Shown here: piece after piece, positions 9,758 to 18,538 of the stretch | How the letters are laid out: every line of letters starts with the position of its first letter | Numbering within the stretch: position 1 is the stretch's first letter | Origin: a virus | Reading direction: 5' to 3' (one strand) | IMG/VR virus record: IMGVR_UViG_3300042879_003054 | DNA: 64,000 nt | Translations under genes and position numbers: made by a program | The notes under the pieces: model-generated | Seen by the model: the letters and a program-made list of their open reading frames with translations, nothing else | What the model was told of the DNA's origin: nothing | The model's database searches: none

Positions 9758-10600
9758 ATGTCATACTTCAGAGAACTTCCCAACTTTGAGTACGTCTCAA
9801 ATTTTCCAAATCAAAGTTTTAATGATGATTATACTGTAACAAAAAATCTATTTAAAAGAGCAAAACTTAGAGATGATATTGCAAATGCAGTTTCTGCCTT
9901 TGAATATTACCAAATAATAGATAATGAGAGACCAGACCAAGTAGCACAAAAAGTTTATAATGATTCATCTCTTGATTGGGTTATTCTAATCTCAAATAAC
10001 GTTACAAATCTAAATGACCAATGGCCTTTAGATAATAATAGTCTTTATAAGTATCTTTTGGATAAGTATGGTGATGACGAAACAATAGCACAAGTCCATC
10101 ACTACGAAACGATAGAAGTTAGAGATAGTTTTGATAGATTGATTCTTCCTGGTGGTTTGCAAGTTGATCCACAAAAAACAATATCAGTCACAACAAACAC
10201 AACAGATACTGAATATAATCTATCTGAGTTTCCAAGTGCTGATGCCGACAATGTAATCACAATTAATTTAAATCAATTTGTTCGTGTTTTTGGAAATTAT
10301 ATATCTAACGAAAATACTGATGCCATTGTAAAAGATATTGAAACTAATAAATCCTTCCTACAAGTAAAAGCACGAGATACAAACACACCAATTTCAATTA
10401 TAAACACTTTATCAAATTGGCCTAATAGTTGGGGTGGAAGTTTTTCAGTAGTTGGAAGAAACAGTATATCTACAACTATACAAGTCGGTGATGTTGTCTT
10501 TGATAATGATGTTGCATTAGACCCAACACTGTATGAAATTGTCGGAGAAATTCAAGACGGAAAGGTTGTTCCAGTATTTAAATTCCTACCTCAATCCTAA
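9758..10600 (+). CDS. gp53: Baseplate wedge gp53, N-terminal part with extension
   Basis: MSYFRELPN, ERPDQVA, LDWVILISN and HHYETIE motifs. Confidence 0.85.
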   Translation: MSYFRELPNFEYVSNFPNQSFNDDYTVTKNLFKRAKLRDDIANAVSAFEYYQIIDNERPDQVAQKVYNDSSLDWVILISNNVTNLNDQWPLDNNSLYKYLLDKYGDDETIAQVHHYETIEVRDSFDRLILPGGLQVDPQKTISVTTNTTDTEYNLSEFPSADADNVITINLNQFVRVFGNYISNENTDAIVKDIETNKSFLQVKARDTNTPISIINTLSNWPNSWGGSFSVVGRNSISTTIQVGDVVFDNDVALDPTLYEIVGEIQDGKVVPVFKFLPQS

Positions 10601-10613
10601 ATAAAAATAAAAA

Positions 10614-10907
10614 ATGGCAACTCCATTACCTGGCGTAAAAATAAAAATATCTACAGAAAAACAAGATACCAAAATCACTGCACCAGCAGGAAACGTAGTA
10701 TCAACAAAAAATAGTTTTAAAGCAGTTTCAAATTATGAATATGAGGTTGACCAAAACGAAAAAAAAAGACTTATTTTAATTCTAAAACCAGAATTTCTTT
10801 CAGTATTCATAAGTGATATGAAGAACATTATGAAATATGATGAGTCTTCTCAATACATTAATCAAACAACTAAACGTGGTTATAATCCAAAAACAACTGG
10901 GGTATGA
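10614..10907 (+). CDS. gp53 C-terminal segment encoded as a separate ORF
   Basis: VSNYEYEVDQNEKKRLILILKP is the normal gp53 C-terminal motif. Confidence 0.7.
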   Translation: MATPLPGVKIKISTEKQDTKITAPAGNVVSTKNSFKAVSNYEYEVDQNEKKRLILILKPEFLSVFISDMKNIMKYDESSQYINQTTKRGYNPKTTGV

Positions 10908-10920
10908 ACCCTACAGACAA

Positions 10921-10952
10921 AAAAATACCCCCGATTTTTTTCGGGGGTAAAA
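10921..10952. terminator. Bidirectional intrinsic terminator
   Basis: TACCCCCGA-ttttt-TCGGGGGTA hairpin flanked by A runs, between convergent operons. Confidence 0.8.
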
Positions 10953-10976
10953 TGGATTTAAAAGTTGATTTTGAAA

Positions 10977-11876
10977 TCAGTCTGATGCCAACTTTTGAAA
11001 GTATGAAAGTGCGTCATCTTCATCTTCATCATCATTAGAAACAGAAGAACGAACTGAAGTAGTTTCTTTCGCAGGACGTGAAACTTCAACTTCTTCCTCC
11101 TCATCAATCGTCTCGGGGTCTTGATACTTAGGAGTTCCTTTGAGACCAAGTGTATAATCAAGACGTTTCTTCAAATCTTCATAAGACTTGAACTCACCTG
11201 GAGCAACAAAGTCATTCAAGTTGTTGAGTGTCTTATAGATTGTTTCCAGTTCATCATCGTCTTCAAGAAGAACAGAAGATGGTGCGAACTCGGACTTATC
11301 GTAGTTCCAATAACCATCTTTCTTTACCAACTTCAGTTTGAAGTTAGCACCCTTCCAGAAATCAAAAGGATTGATTGGTTCTTCATCATCAAACTCTGGT
11401 TGCATAGAAGCCATAATCTTATCAAAGATTTTCTTACCAAACTTATAAAGAAAAACTTTTCCTTCGTTTGATGGATTTGCAGGGTCTTTTACAACATAAA
11501 TGTTTGCAAAATAAGAAAGTTTACGCTTACGATCACGAACAATATTTTGATTGTCCTTACTGCCAGTATTCCAAAGTTCACGGTTTGCTTCACATACAGG
11601 ACAGTTTTGTCCCAAAGTAGTGAGGCAATTATCAATCATCCATTTTCCATTTGATTGAAATGCGTGAGACCAAACTTGAACCCAAGGCAGATCACAACCC
11701 TCTGGTGCAGGAAGAAATCGAATGATTGCGGAACCAGTACCACCCTTATCCATTACAGGTTTCCAAAAACGATCATCATCTTTGGAACCACTGTCGTTAA
11801 GTTTCTCAACTTGTTTGATGAGTTTTTCGGTCAAAGAACCCAGCTTTGATTGCTTCTTCAAATCAGCAAATGACAT
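10977..11876 (-). CDS. gp32: Single-stranded DNA-binding protein gp32
   Basis: DDRFWKP, IRFLPAP, HAFQ, CPVCE, acidic tail DDALSYFQKLA. Confidence 0.96.
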   Translation of the reverse strand: MSFADLKKQSKLGSLTEKLIKQVEKLNDSGSKDDDRFWKPVMDKGGTGSAIIRFLPAPEGCDLPWVQVWSHAFQSNGKWMIDNCLTTLGQNCPVCEANRELWNTGSKDNQNIVRDRKRKLSYFANIYVVKDPANPSNEGKVFLYKFGKKIFDKIMASMQPEFDDEEPINPFDFWKGANFKLKLVKKDGYWNYDKSEFAPSSVLLEDDDELETIYKTLNNLNDFVAPGEFKSYEDLKKRLDYTLGLKGTPKYQDPETIDEEEEVEVSRPAKETTSVRSSVSNDDEDEDDALSYFQKLASD

Positions 11877-11921
11877 TTGTATTCTCCATATTAGTTGTAT
11901 TGAGACGTATTGTACATATTA

Positions 11922-11950
11922 ATTGTAGCAGTAATGAAGTTATTTGTCAA
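11922..11950 (-). promoter_or_regulatory. sigma70-type promoter for gp32
   Basis: TTGACA-17 nt-TACAAT. Confidence 0.75.
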
Positions 11951-12272
11951 GTGTTTCTTCAAGGTTTTGGATTGACTCTTCCAGTTTTTCAAAGAAAGCA
12001 TTCAAATTATCTCCTGGTTTCAATCCAAAAATTTTGGCAGAATCCAGAATTCTATTTTTCATTTCAATTGCTTCTGGGTCATCAGACAATGATAATCTAA
12101 AAACAAAATTTTTTTGTTTTTCTAAAAAAAGTTTCATCTTATCAAGATGTTCCTTTTTTTGTTTTGAGTCAAAGAAAGGAAGAGAAAACAATTCATCAAA
12201 AATACTCTGCTGAAGTTCTTCCAATTCAAGTAAAGATTCTCTGACTTGTTCCGAATCAAAAAATCTACTCAT
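11940..12272 (-). CDS. Conserved cyanophage protein (DUF1825-like)
   Basis: FFDSEQVR...RLSLSDDPEA; usual position between gp59 and gp32. Confidence 0.65.
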   Translation of the reverse strand: MSRFFDSEQVRESLLELEELQQSIFDELFSLPFFDSKQKKEHLDKMKLFLEKQKNFVFRLSLSDDPEAIEMKNRILDSAKIFGLKPGDNLNAFFEKLEESIQNLEETLDK

Positions 12273-12859
12273 AACACAATCTCCTGAAGAACTTTCTTGT
12301 ACTTTGCTACATCAATATTTAGAAATGGTTTGTATTTTATAATTCTTAACCTAACGGTTTCCCATACTGGGTCTGTTATTTTTTTATCAAATTTTTTAAC
12401 ATAACCCAATATCATATCCAATATCACCATTGTTTCTAAACTGACTGCTTTTTGAAAATACTTTTTAAGAATTTCTGGATGTTGATTGTTTTTTATCTCA
12501 AACAATTTTTCAAAATTATCCTTTTGGATAAAAATTTCACATTCAGTTTTAAACAAATAAAAAAGACTCTGAGATTTTTTCAACCAATTAGTATATGTTT
12601 CTTCCCCACTACGAATAATTTCACCAATCCAAAGTGATTGTGGGTCATTACATTCAACAAAATTTGCAACAAAATATGCTTTGATTTCATCATCACTCTT
12701 CTGTCTAGAAGTTCGTTCAAAGAAAAATCTATCTTTCCTCTTATGAAAAGAGTCCAGAGATGCTCTGGACTTTCCACAATACTTAAAGTAATCGTATGAT
12801 GGTTTATTAAAATGATTTTTTATTGCAAGATAGGTTTTATATACATCAAATGGAGTCAC
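12269..12859 (-). CDS. gp59: Helicase loader gp59
   Basis: YLAIKNHF...YDYFKYCGK...FHKRKDRFFF. Confidence 0.9.
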   Translation of the reverse strand: MTPFDVYKTYLAIKNHFNKPSYDYFKYCGKSRASLDSFHKRKDRFFFERTSRQKSDDEIKAYFVANFVECNDPQSLWIGEIIRSGEETYTNWLKKSQSLFYLFKTECEIFIQKDNFEKLFEIKNNQHPEILKKYFQKAVSLETMVILDMILGYVKKFDKKITDPVWETVRLRIIKYKPFLNIDVAKYKKVLQEIVL

Positions 12860-13110
12860 AACGGCAATTTAGCACGAGTAGTTTTTTTCAAAAAATTCAA
12901 TTCAATAGCATCATTTTTAATTTTTTCCTTTAATGGTTTTGAAATTAGTTTAGAAACCGTTTCAATTTCAATGCTATTCTCTTCACAATAAGTAACGATT
13001 GCATCAATATAATTAATTTTAGAATTTTTTACAATATTTTCTATATCCTGTGCAAACCTTTGAGGACATAAAAATTTACTATTTAATTCGTCCTTTACTT
13101 TATCATTCAT
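12856..13110 (-). CDS. gp33: Late transcription coactivator gp33
   Basis: YIDAIVTYCEENSIEIETVSKLISKPLKEKI; start moved to MNDK. Confidence 0.9.
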   Translation of the reverse strand: MNDKVKDELNSKFLCPQRFAQDIENIVKNSKINYIDAIVTYCEENSIEIETVSKLISKPLKEKIKNDAIELNFLKKTTRAKLPL

Positions 13111-13840
13111 ATTGGTGAAGTTTATCTCTAACAAATTCTCTAATATATTCGGTGAGTAATTTAATGTATTTTTGTTTGTCATATTCTTCATAAACAATGC
13201 ATTCTCCATTTTCACAAGCCATAATGATGACTAATTTCTTTACCATTATACCAGTAATCTCGTATAACATACAACCATATGCCATACACTGAACAAAATA
13301 GTGTTCAATCCACTCTCTTGGTTTTGGTTTTTTAGAAGTTTTAAAGTCGATTATTGCTAACTCACCATTATACTCTCCGATACAATCTACAGTTCCTGCA
13401 ATACCAAGAACTTTACTGTAAAGAGAACCTTCAAGAGCATGAATATTATTTATACAATTTAATTCTGGTTTTGCAATTTTGAAGAGAAAATCAGATAAAG
13501 GTTGGACTGGTGGAAGGTCTTTATTGTAAAGATAATTTTCCACCAGTGTATGCATATCAGTTCCACGACTGGTTGCTTGTTTAGTAATTTTATCTGCTTG
13601 CTTTTCCCCAACTTTTTTTCTCCAATCAGCAAAGAACTGACGGTTCTTATGACTGGTTACAGAGGTAATTGAAACAAGTTTAATTGGTTTATCTTCTTCT
13701 GGTATTGTGTAATAACGAACACCATCTATGGTTTCCCTTTCAAGTTTTGGAAGATTAATATCAATATGAGTGAAAAGATTACTTTTTATTTGTTTTTCAC
13801 CATATAATTCATTATATTTTTCAATTAAAGGATTAGACAT
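13103..13840 (-). CDS. PD-(D/E)xK exonuclease
   Basis: SITSV, RGTDMH, AGTVDCI and IIDFKTS motifs. Confidence 0.85.
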   Translation of the reverse strand: MSNPLIEKYNELYGEKQIKSNLFTHIDINLPKLERETIDGVRYYTIPEEDKPIKLVSITSVTSHKNRQFFADWRKKVGEKQADKITKQATSRGTDMHTLVENYLYNKDLPPVQPLSDFLFKIAKPELNCINNIHALEGSLYSKVLGIAGTVDCIGEYNGELAIIDFKTSKKPKPREWIEHYFVQCMAYGCMLYEITGIMVKKLVIIMACENGECIVYEEYDKQKYIKLLTEYIREFVRDKLHQYE

Positions 13841-14598
13841 TAATAACCTGCTTCCATTTTTGCAACAATATATTCCTTAACAAGTCCAGACCTACAAATA
13901 TCATCTACTCCAAATTCAATAATATCAAAAGATTCCATCTTTCTTAGAATATTCATAAAATCACTAATGCCGTTTCTTTCATTTGTTTTAACCAAATCAG
14001 ATTGTGTGGCATCTCCACAAAAAATAATTCTGCTATTTTCACCAACACGAGTAATGATAGAATCCAATTCGTGAAAATTAAGGTTCTGATATTCATCAAC
14101 AATAATGATTGAATTATCAAGTGTTGTACCACGAATAAAAGATGTGCTCCAAAACTTTACAGTTTCCTGAGATTTGAGATTACCATAAAGCATCTCAAAA
14201 TCAGCATCACTGGGCATTTGGAACATATACTTTACCATATTCTTATAAGGAATTTGATAAAGAGCAGACTTATCATCGTGGTCTCCTGGAAGAAAACCAA
14301 TCTCACGAGTTGCTACAAGAGAACGAACCACATAGATTTGTTCGTATGGTGTTGTCTCATCTAATACATCTTTAAGTGCATTATAGAGACTGATAAATGT
14401 TTTACCAGTACCAGCACAACCATAAGCAACCAAATGTTTTCCGTTTTGATATGATTCAAAAAGTTTTCTTTGATTCTCTGTTAAAGGTTCAACATCAATG
14501 AGATAATCAGCACTGATTGGTTTTCTCCTCTTCATCTGTTTGGATGTGTAACCAACACCAATTGGTTGATTGTCATTGTTTCTTCTTTTTCTTGCCAT
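13840..14598 (-). CDS. phoH: PhoH-family ATPase
   Basis: GCAGTGKT, IGFLPG, FIRGTT, VDEYQN and GDATQSD motifs. Confidence 0.95.
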   Translation of the reverse strand: MARKRRNNDNQPIGVGYTSKQMKRRKPISADYLIDVEPLTENQRKLFESYQNGKHLVAYGCAGTGKTFISLYNALKDVLDETTPYEQIYVVRSLVATREIGFLPGDHDDKSALYQIPYKNMVKYMFQMPSDADFEMLYGNLKSQETVKFWSTSFIRGTTLDNSIIIVDEYQNLNFHELDSIITRVGENSRIIFCGDATQSDLVKTNERNGISDFMNILRKMESFDIIEFGVDDICRSGLVKEYIVAKMEAGY

Positions 14599-14600
14599 AG

Positions 14601-14843
14601 TTAAATCGGTTTTACATTTGCACCTGGAACTTTTGAAACCTTACGGAGGACATCATTCCATCCTGGATTTCTACTAACGTGTTTACTTAATAAGTCACCA
14701 ACCTCTCCTGGTGAAGCACATCCTTGTGACCAATCACGGGACCAAGGTTTATTATTTTCATACCAATCCATAATATCATGGACACTCATTTCAATAACTT
14801 TTTTTTCACCCGTTTCCGGATTATAAACTGGATATATTGCCAT
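14601..14843 (-). CDS. Conserved hypothetical protein (FmdB-like)
   Basis: MAIYPVYNPETGE...GWNDVL; usual position upstream of phoH. Confidence 0.6.
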   Translation of the reverse strand: MAIYPVYNPETGEKKVIEMSVHDIMDWYENNKPWSRDWSQGCASPGEVGDLLSKHVSRNPGWNDVLRKVSKVPGANVKPI

Positions 14844-15394
14844 TAAACCAATCTCCATCCTTTATGTTGTTGTTGTCTTCCTCTACGCAAATCATATATG
14901 CAAGAGGGTTTTAAATTGTGTAGTTCACAAAATTCATTAATATTGTCACCATTATATATTTCCCCCTTTGGAGACATCAATTTAAACGATTTAACATGTA
15001 AGGGAGGTTTTATTCCCATATCTTTATTTCGTTTAGAAAGACGATTTTTCGCATCTTCACTCATACCTGGACCCAATACTCTACCCTTGCAGGAATTTCG
15101 TATCTTTTCTTTACTTTTTTCAGTATGTCCAGTAAAGATAGGAGGAGCATCTCCACCATTTGATTTATTGCGAAGAATTCCAGTTCCCAAATCTTTTCTA
15201 CCAAAAACATTAATCATATAAATTTCATGTTTATATGCAGCATCTTCTGTAAGATTATTTTTAAGAATGAGTATTCTGTCTTTTGGTGGAGGAGAAAAGA
15301 AATCATGTTTTTGATATGCTCTTCTACCTTTACCTTTACCAATATACCATGGAGTTTTATCTTCTCGTAAATAAGCGTAAGTATAATACTCCAT
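14843..15394 (-). mobile_element. Free-standing GIY-YIG-like homing endonuclease with NUMOD3-like motif
   Basis: YYTYAYLRED..WYIGKG, GILRNKSNGG, HTEKSKEKI; inserted directly after thyX. Confidence 0.8.
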
Positions 15395-15421
15395 AAAATT
15401 ACAAAATCAACACAAAAATAT

Positions 15422-16174
15422 TTAGGGACTCAGACGTGCTCTATGCAGTCTCTTCTCTTCATAGTAGTTCCAAACATTTGGTGCCCATAGTTTCAGTTCG
15501 GGAGCAATTGCATCACAAAGTGCTTGAATTTCAAGTTGAGCATCAAGTTTTGAACGAAGATCCATAAAGTGAAGAACAGACCTTAGATTGAAAGAAACCA
15601 CAAAGTTCTGACGAATTGCCTGAGGAAGATAATCCCGAATATGCTCTTCACACATACCCTGCTCATAGTAATCAACATACTCCTCACACTCACTCAAAAT
15701 GCGATCTAACTTGCGTTGTCGGTGCTCTTCGGTCCATTCATACTTCTTACCCTTACGATTGGTGTAGAATCCCACAGGGCGCACATAGAAGACCTCTTCA
15801 ACATCAAGTTCCTTTTTAGCAACCTTAACTACACGCTTTCCAGTATAACGCTGAGATTGAACATCCCAACTAGTTCCGATACGATGAGTTCTTGCCTGAA
15901 CGATAACATTATGAACAAATCCAGCACAAGAAAAAGTAATGCCAGGGTGCTCAATTGGACCCCAATGCCCTCTCTCATTAGCAAGCAATTGTTCAACAAT
16001 CCACTGACCACATTCGTGATGGTTAGGAACTGGAACGTTATGAATCGGAACTTCAGAATAATCGCCCTTTCCTGCTTGCCAAATAACTTGTTCTGGGATT
16101 GGATAACCCTGAAGTTTTACAACTTCAAGTCTTTTATCCAGTTCAAGAAGGTCTTTTGCTTTAATAGGTTTCAT
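15422..16174 (-). CDS. thyX: Flavin-dependent thymidylate synthase
   Basis: HWGPIEH, QARTHR..SWDVQSQRY, NLRSVLHFMDLR and AQLEI motifs. Confidence 0.93.
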   Translation of the reverse strand: MKPIKAKDLLELDKRLEVVKLQGYPIPEQVIWQAGKGDYSEVPIHNVPVPNHHECGQWIVEQLLANERGHWGPIEHPGITFSCAGFVHNVIVQARTHRIGTSWDVQSQRYTGKRVVKVAKKELDVEEVFYVRPVGFYTNRKGKKYEWTEEHRQRKLDRILSECEEYVDYYEQGMCEEHIRDYLPQAIRQNFVVSFNLRSVLHFMDLRSKLDAQLEIQALCDAIAPELKLWAPNVWNYYEEKRLHRARLSP

Positions 16175-16338
16175 TTCTTTCCAAATCCTTTTGTTGTTTT
16201 TGCTTCAAGTTCTGCAAGTTCTTGTTTTACTACTCGCAGTTGTTTTTTCATATCAATCAGTTGCTCAGAAGAATATAGGTGTTCTTGTTTTGTCAATCTT
16301 TCAAGCAACTTTACTAGTTCTCGTGCTCTATTAGTCAT
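16171..16338 (-). CDS. Hypothetical coiled-coil protein (55 aa)
   Basis: Hand translation MTNRARELVKLLERL...TTKGFGKK; fills the gap in the operon. Confidence 0.65.
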   Translation of the reverse strand: MTNRARELVKLLERLTKQEHLYSSEQLIDMKKQLRVVKQELAELEAKTTKGFGKK

Positions 16339-16495
16339 TATCATCCTCAAAGATTTCGTCGTAATCTAAAATTGGTCTTTTTCCCATCGGTTTCATAGGA
16401 GTGTAAGCAGAAGTATCAGAATAAATTTCTGCCTTTAGAGAATCAACTAAGAGTTCAAGATTACGAACAATAAGTTTTAGTTTTTCTTTGTCCAT
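16331..16495 (-). CDS. Conserved cyanophage hypothetical protein
   Basis: MDKEKLKLIVRNLELLVDSLKAEIYSD. Confidence 0.7.
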   Translation of the reverse strand: MDKEKLKLIVRNLELLVDSLKAEIYSDTSAYTPMKPMGKRPILDYDEIFEDDND

Positions 16496-16560
16496 AGAAT
16501 GTTTTCTTCTCACTTTATGTTAACACAAAAAAAGGGAGAAGACAATCCCCCCCCTTTATC

Positions 16561-16818
16561 TTATTTTTTTGTTTTTTTATCTTTAACTTGATAGTTATAT
16601 GATTTTGGATTTACAGTTCCTTCTGTCCATTTAATCTTTAAGATATTGCCTTTACCATATTGGTCGTAGTAATTATCAAATACTTCTACAAACGAACCTG
16701 CTTGAACAATATCATATTTTGTTTGATCATCTTCAAGATATGTAATTAAATAAGAGTTCCTGGGTAAACTTTTATTATTTGATACAGAAGGATCACAATT
16801 TTTATGTATTATTAGCAT
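16561..16818 (-). CDS. Hypothetical protein
   Basis: ORF track; operon packing. Confidence 0.65.
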   Translation of the reverse strand: MLIIHKNCDPSVSNNKSLPRNSYLITYLEDDQTKYDIVQAGSFVEVFDNYYDQYGKGNILKIKWTEGTVNPKSYNYQVKDKKTKK

Positions 16819-16820
16819 AA

Positions 16821-17411
16821 TTAACTTCTATTTCCCCAAGTAATATCTGGGTATGCTTCAGAAACTATTTCTTTAGTAATTTTATATCTTGTTTGTAATT
16901 TTTTATCTTTACACAAACAAAGAATCTCTGCTTCTAATGGATGTAAACCTTCCAACAGATTTACAAAAATATTTTCTCTACGAATACCATTTAAAGAATC
17001 ATTACCACCCTTTACAAAGTTATAAAATTTATCATATTCCTTACGTATTGTAGAATACTTTTGGTCAATTGCTCCGATTGAAGAATCACTCAATTGTTTA
17101 ACTGCTTCTTCAATTCTTTCAGACATTGTTGTCGTCTTCATCGTATTATCCCCAAAAAAGGGAACATCACCTTCTGGTAAAACGGATATTACCGATTCAT
17201 CAAAATTCCATATAAAAATTGCTTTTAATGAATCGTGCTCATATTTTTTAAGCACTTCGACTTTTTTTACATTAGTTCTTTGTGAACTAGCAAGATTTAA
17301 AACTTCAAAAGCAAAAGGATTTGCAGGAAGATCTATATTTTCATTTACAACTTCTTTTGCTTTTGAAGTGGTTCTTTTAGTCGTTGTTTTTTCTTTTACT
17401 GTCATTGTCAT
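16821..17411 (-). CDS. Conserved T4-like hypothetical protein
   Basis: LPEGDVP, RRENIFVNLLEGLHPLEAEIL. Confidence 0.7.
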   Translation of the reverse strand: MTMTVKEKTTTKRTTSKAKEVVNENIDLPANPFAFEVLNLASSQRTNVKKVEVLKKYEHDSLKAIFIWNFDESVISVLPEGDVPFFGDNTMKTTTMSERIEEAVKQLSDSSIGAIDQKYSTIRKEYDKFYNFVKGGNDSLNGIRRENIFVNLLEGLHPLEAEILCLCKDKKLQTRYKITKEIVSEAYPDITWGNRS

Positions 17412-17448
17412 AAAATTAATGCAGAATTAAATTAATTAAATTTATTTA

Positions 17449-17685
17449 TCAATCATTATCACTATCATCTTCATCAATAAAATAATCAGGATCAAATCTT
17501 ACTGAAACAATTTCTTGATCAATTAACTCACCATTTTTATTGTAAAACTCTGGATGATAAGCAATTTGTTTTGGTCCTTCTTGATAGTTCATCATATATT
17601 CTCTGGCACTCCATCCGATAAAAAGTCCCACCATAAAAAATAAAACAATTAAAAAAGAACCAAACACTAAATATGTTGCTGTCAT
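17449..17685 (-). CDS. Small membrane protein
   Basis: N-terminal TM segment followed by HPEFY motif. Confidence 0.65.
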   Translation of the reverse strand: MTATYLVFGSFLIVLFFMVGLFIGWSAREYMMNYQEGPKQIAYHPEFYNKNGELIDQEIVSVRFDPDYFIDEDDSDND

Positions 17686-17702
17686 TGATCTTCTCCGAGA
17701 GA

Positions 17703-17888
17703 CTACTTTTTTTTCATTATATCTAATTCAATTTTGAGGTATATCTCTCTTTTGAGTAGAGAAAATACTTTTTCAAAATTGAAAGTTTTTGGTATCAATT
17801 TTGTTTCTTTTTCCTCTCCTCCTTTTTTTCTAAGCATTAACTCAAAACCACGATTAATGCTATAATTTTCAGAATTATTTATGGACAC
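17703..17888 (-). CDS. Hypothetical protein
   Basis: INRGFELMLR motif; operon packing. Confidence 0.55.
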   Translation of the reverse strand: MSINNSENYSINRGFELMLRKKGGEEKETKLIPKTFNFEKVFSLLKREIYLKIELDIMKKK

Positions 17889-17890
17889 GA

Positions 17891-18139
17891 TCAGAGCATA
17901 TTATTTTCTTGTAAGTATGTGATTGTATCAGTACATCCACCAATATGTTTATCGTTTAGAATAACTTGAGGAAAAGTTGAACCTTCTCCAAATTCTGCAT
18001 AAAATTGTTCTCTATTGAAATCAGTATTAAGTTCATAAGAAATAACATTGTATTTCTTTGTTTCACTCAAAAGAGTTAAAACCATTTTAACCTTATCACA
18101 ATAGGGGCAACCTTGCTTTGAATAAATTGTAAAATTCAT
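17891..18139 (-). CDS. nrdC: Glutaredoxin
   Basis: CPYC active site, TFPQV, IGGCTD. Confidence 0.92.
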   Translation of the reverse strand: MNFTIYSKQGCPYCDKVKMVLTLLSETKKYNVISYELNTDFNREQFYAEFGEGSTFPQVILNDKHIGGCTDTITYLQENNML

Positions 18140-18146
18140 AATACTT

Positions 18147-18527
18147 TTAAACTTTATTTTGTCTTTGTGGATATTTATAGAGCACTTGCTCCTTCTTATT
18201 GTGCATCCATTTTAGTATAGCACGTCTTTTTTCTTCTGTAAAAAAATCTTGTTCGGAAAACCAATCTTCCCAAGGAGTATGTTTCTTGTCTTGATTGCAG
18301 GAATGGCAGCAACAGACAACATTGTTTGTGAAATCCGTTCCACCTTTTGATCTTGGAACTATATGATCAATGGTCAGGTTTTCTTCAGAATCACAATAAG
18401 CACATTTATGATTCCAATGTTCTTTAATATGTTGCCTCCATATTCGTTTTGCTTCTCCAGAACTTGTTGTATAAAGATTAAACAAGTATTCTTTGGACGA
18501 ATGAAGAGGAGTCATAAGTTTTTGCAA
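18147..18527 (-). CDS. HNH endonuclease
   Basis: CAYC...TIDHIVPRSKGG...NVVCCCHSCN. Confidence 0.88.
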   Translation of the reverse strand: MQKLMTPLHSSKEYLFNLYTTSSGEAKRIWRQHIKEHWNHKCAYCDSEENLTIDHIVPRSKGGTDFTNNVVCCCHSCNQDKKHTPWEDWFSEQDFFTEEKRRAILKWMHNKKEQVLYKYPQRQNKV

Positions 18528-18538
18528 CTTATGAATAT

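Noticed and set aside
13103-13840. Cas4-like nuclease as evidence of CRISPR-Cas
   Set aside because: Core exonuclease of T4-like cyanophages in its usual phoH-gp33 context; no array or other cas genes.
15716-16369. 217-aa plus-strand ORF antisense to thyX
   Set aside because: Lies opposite well-supported genes; no recognisable protein features.
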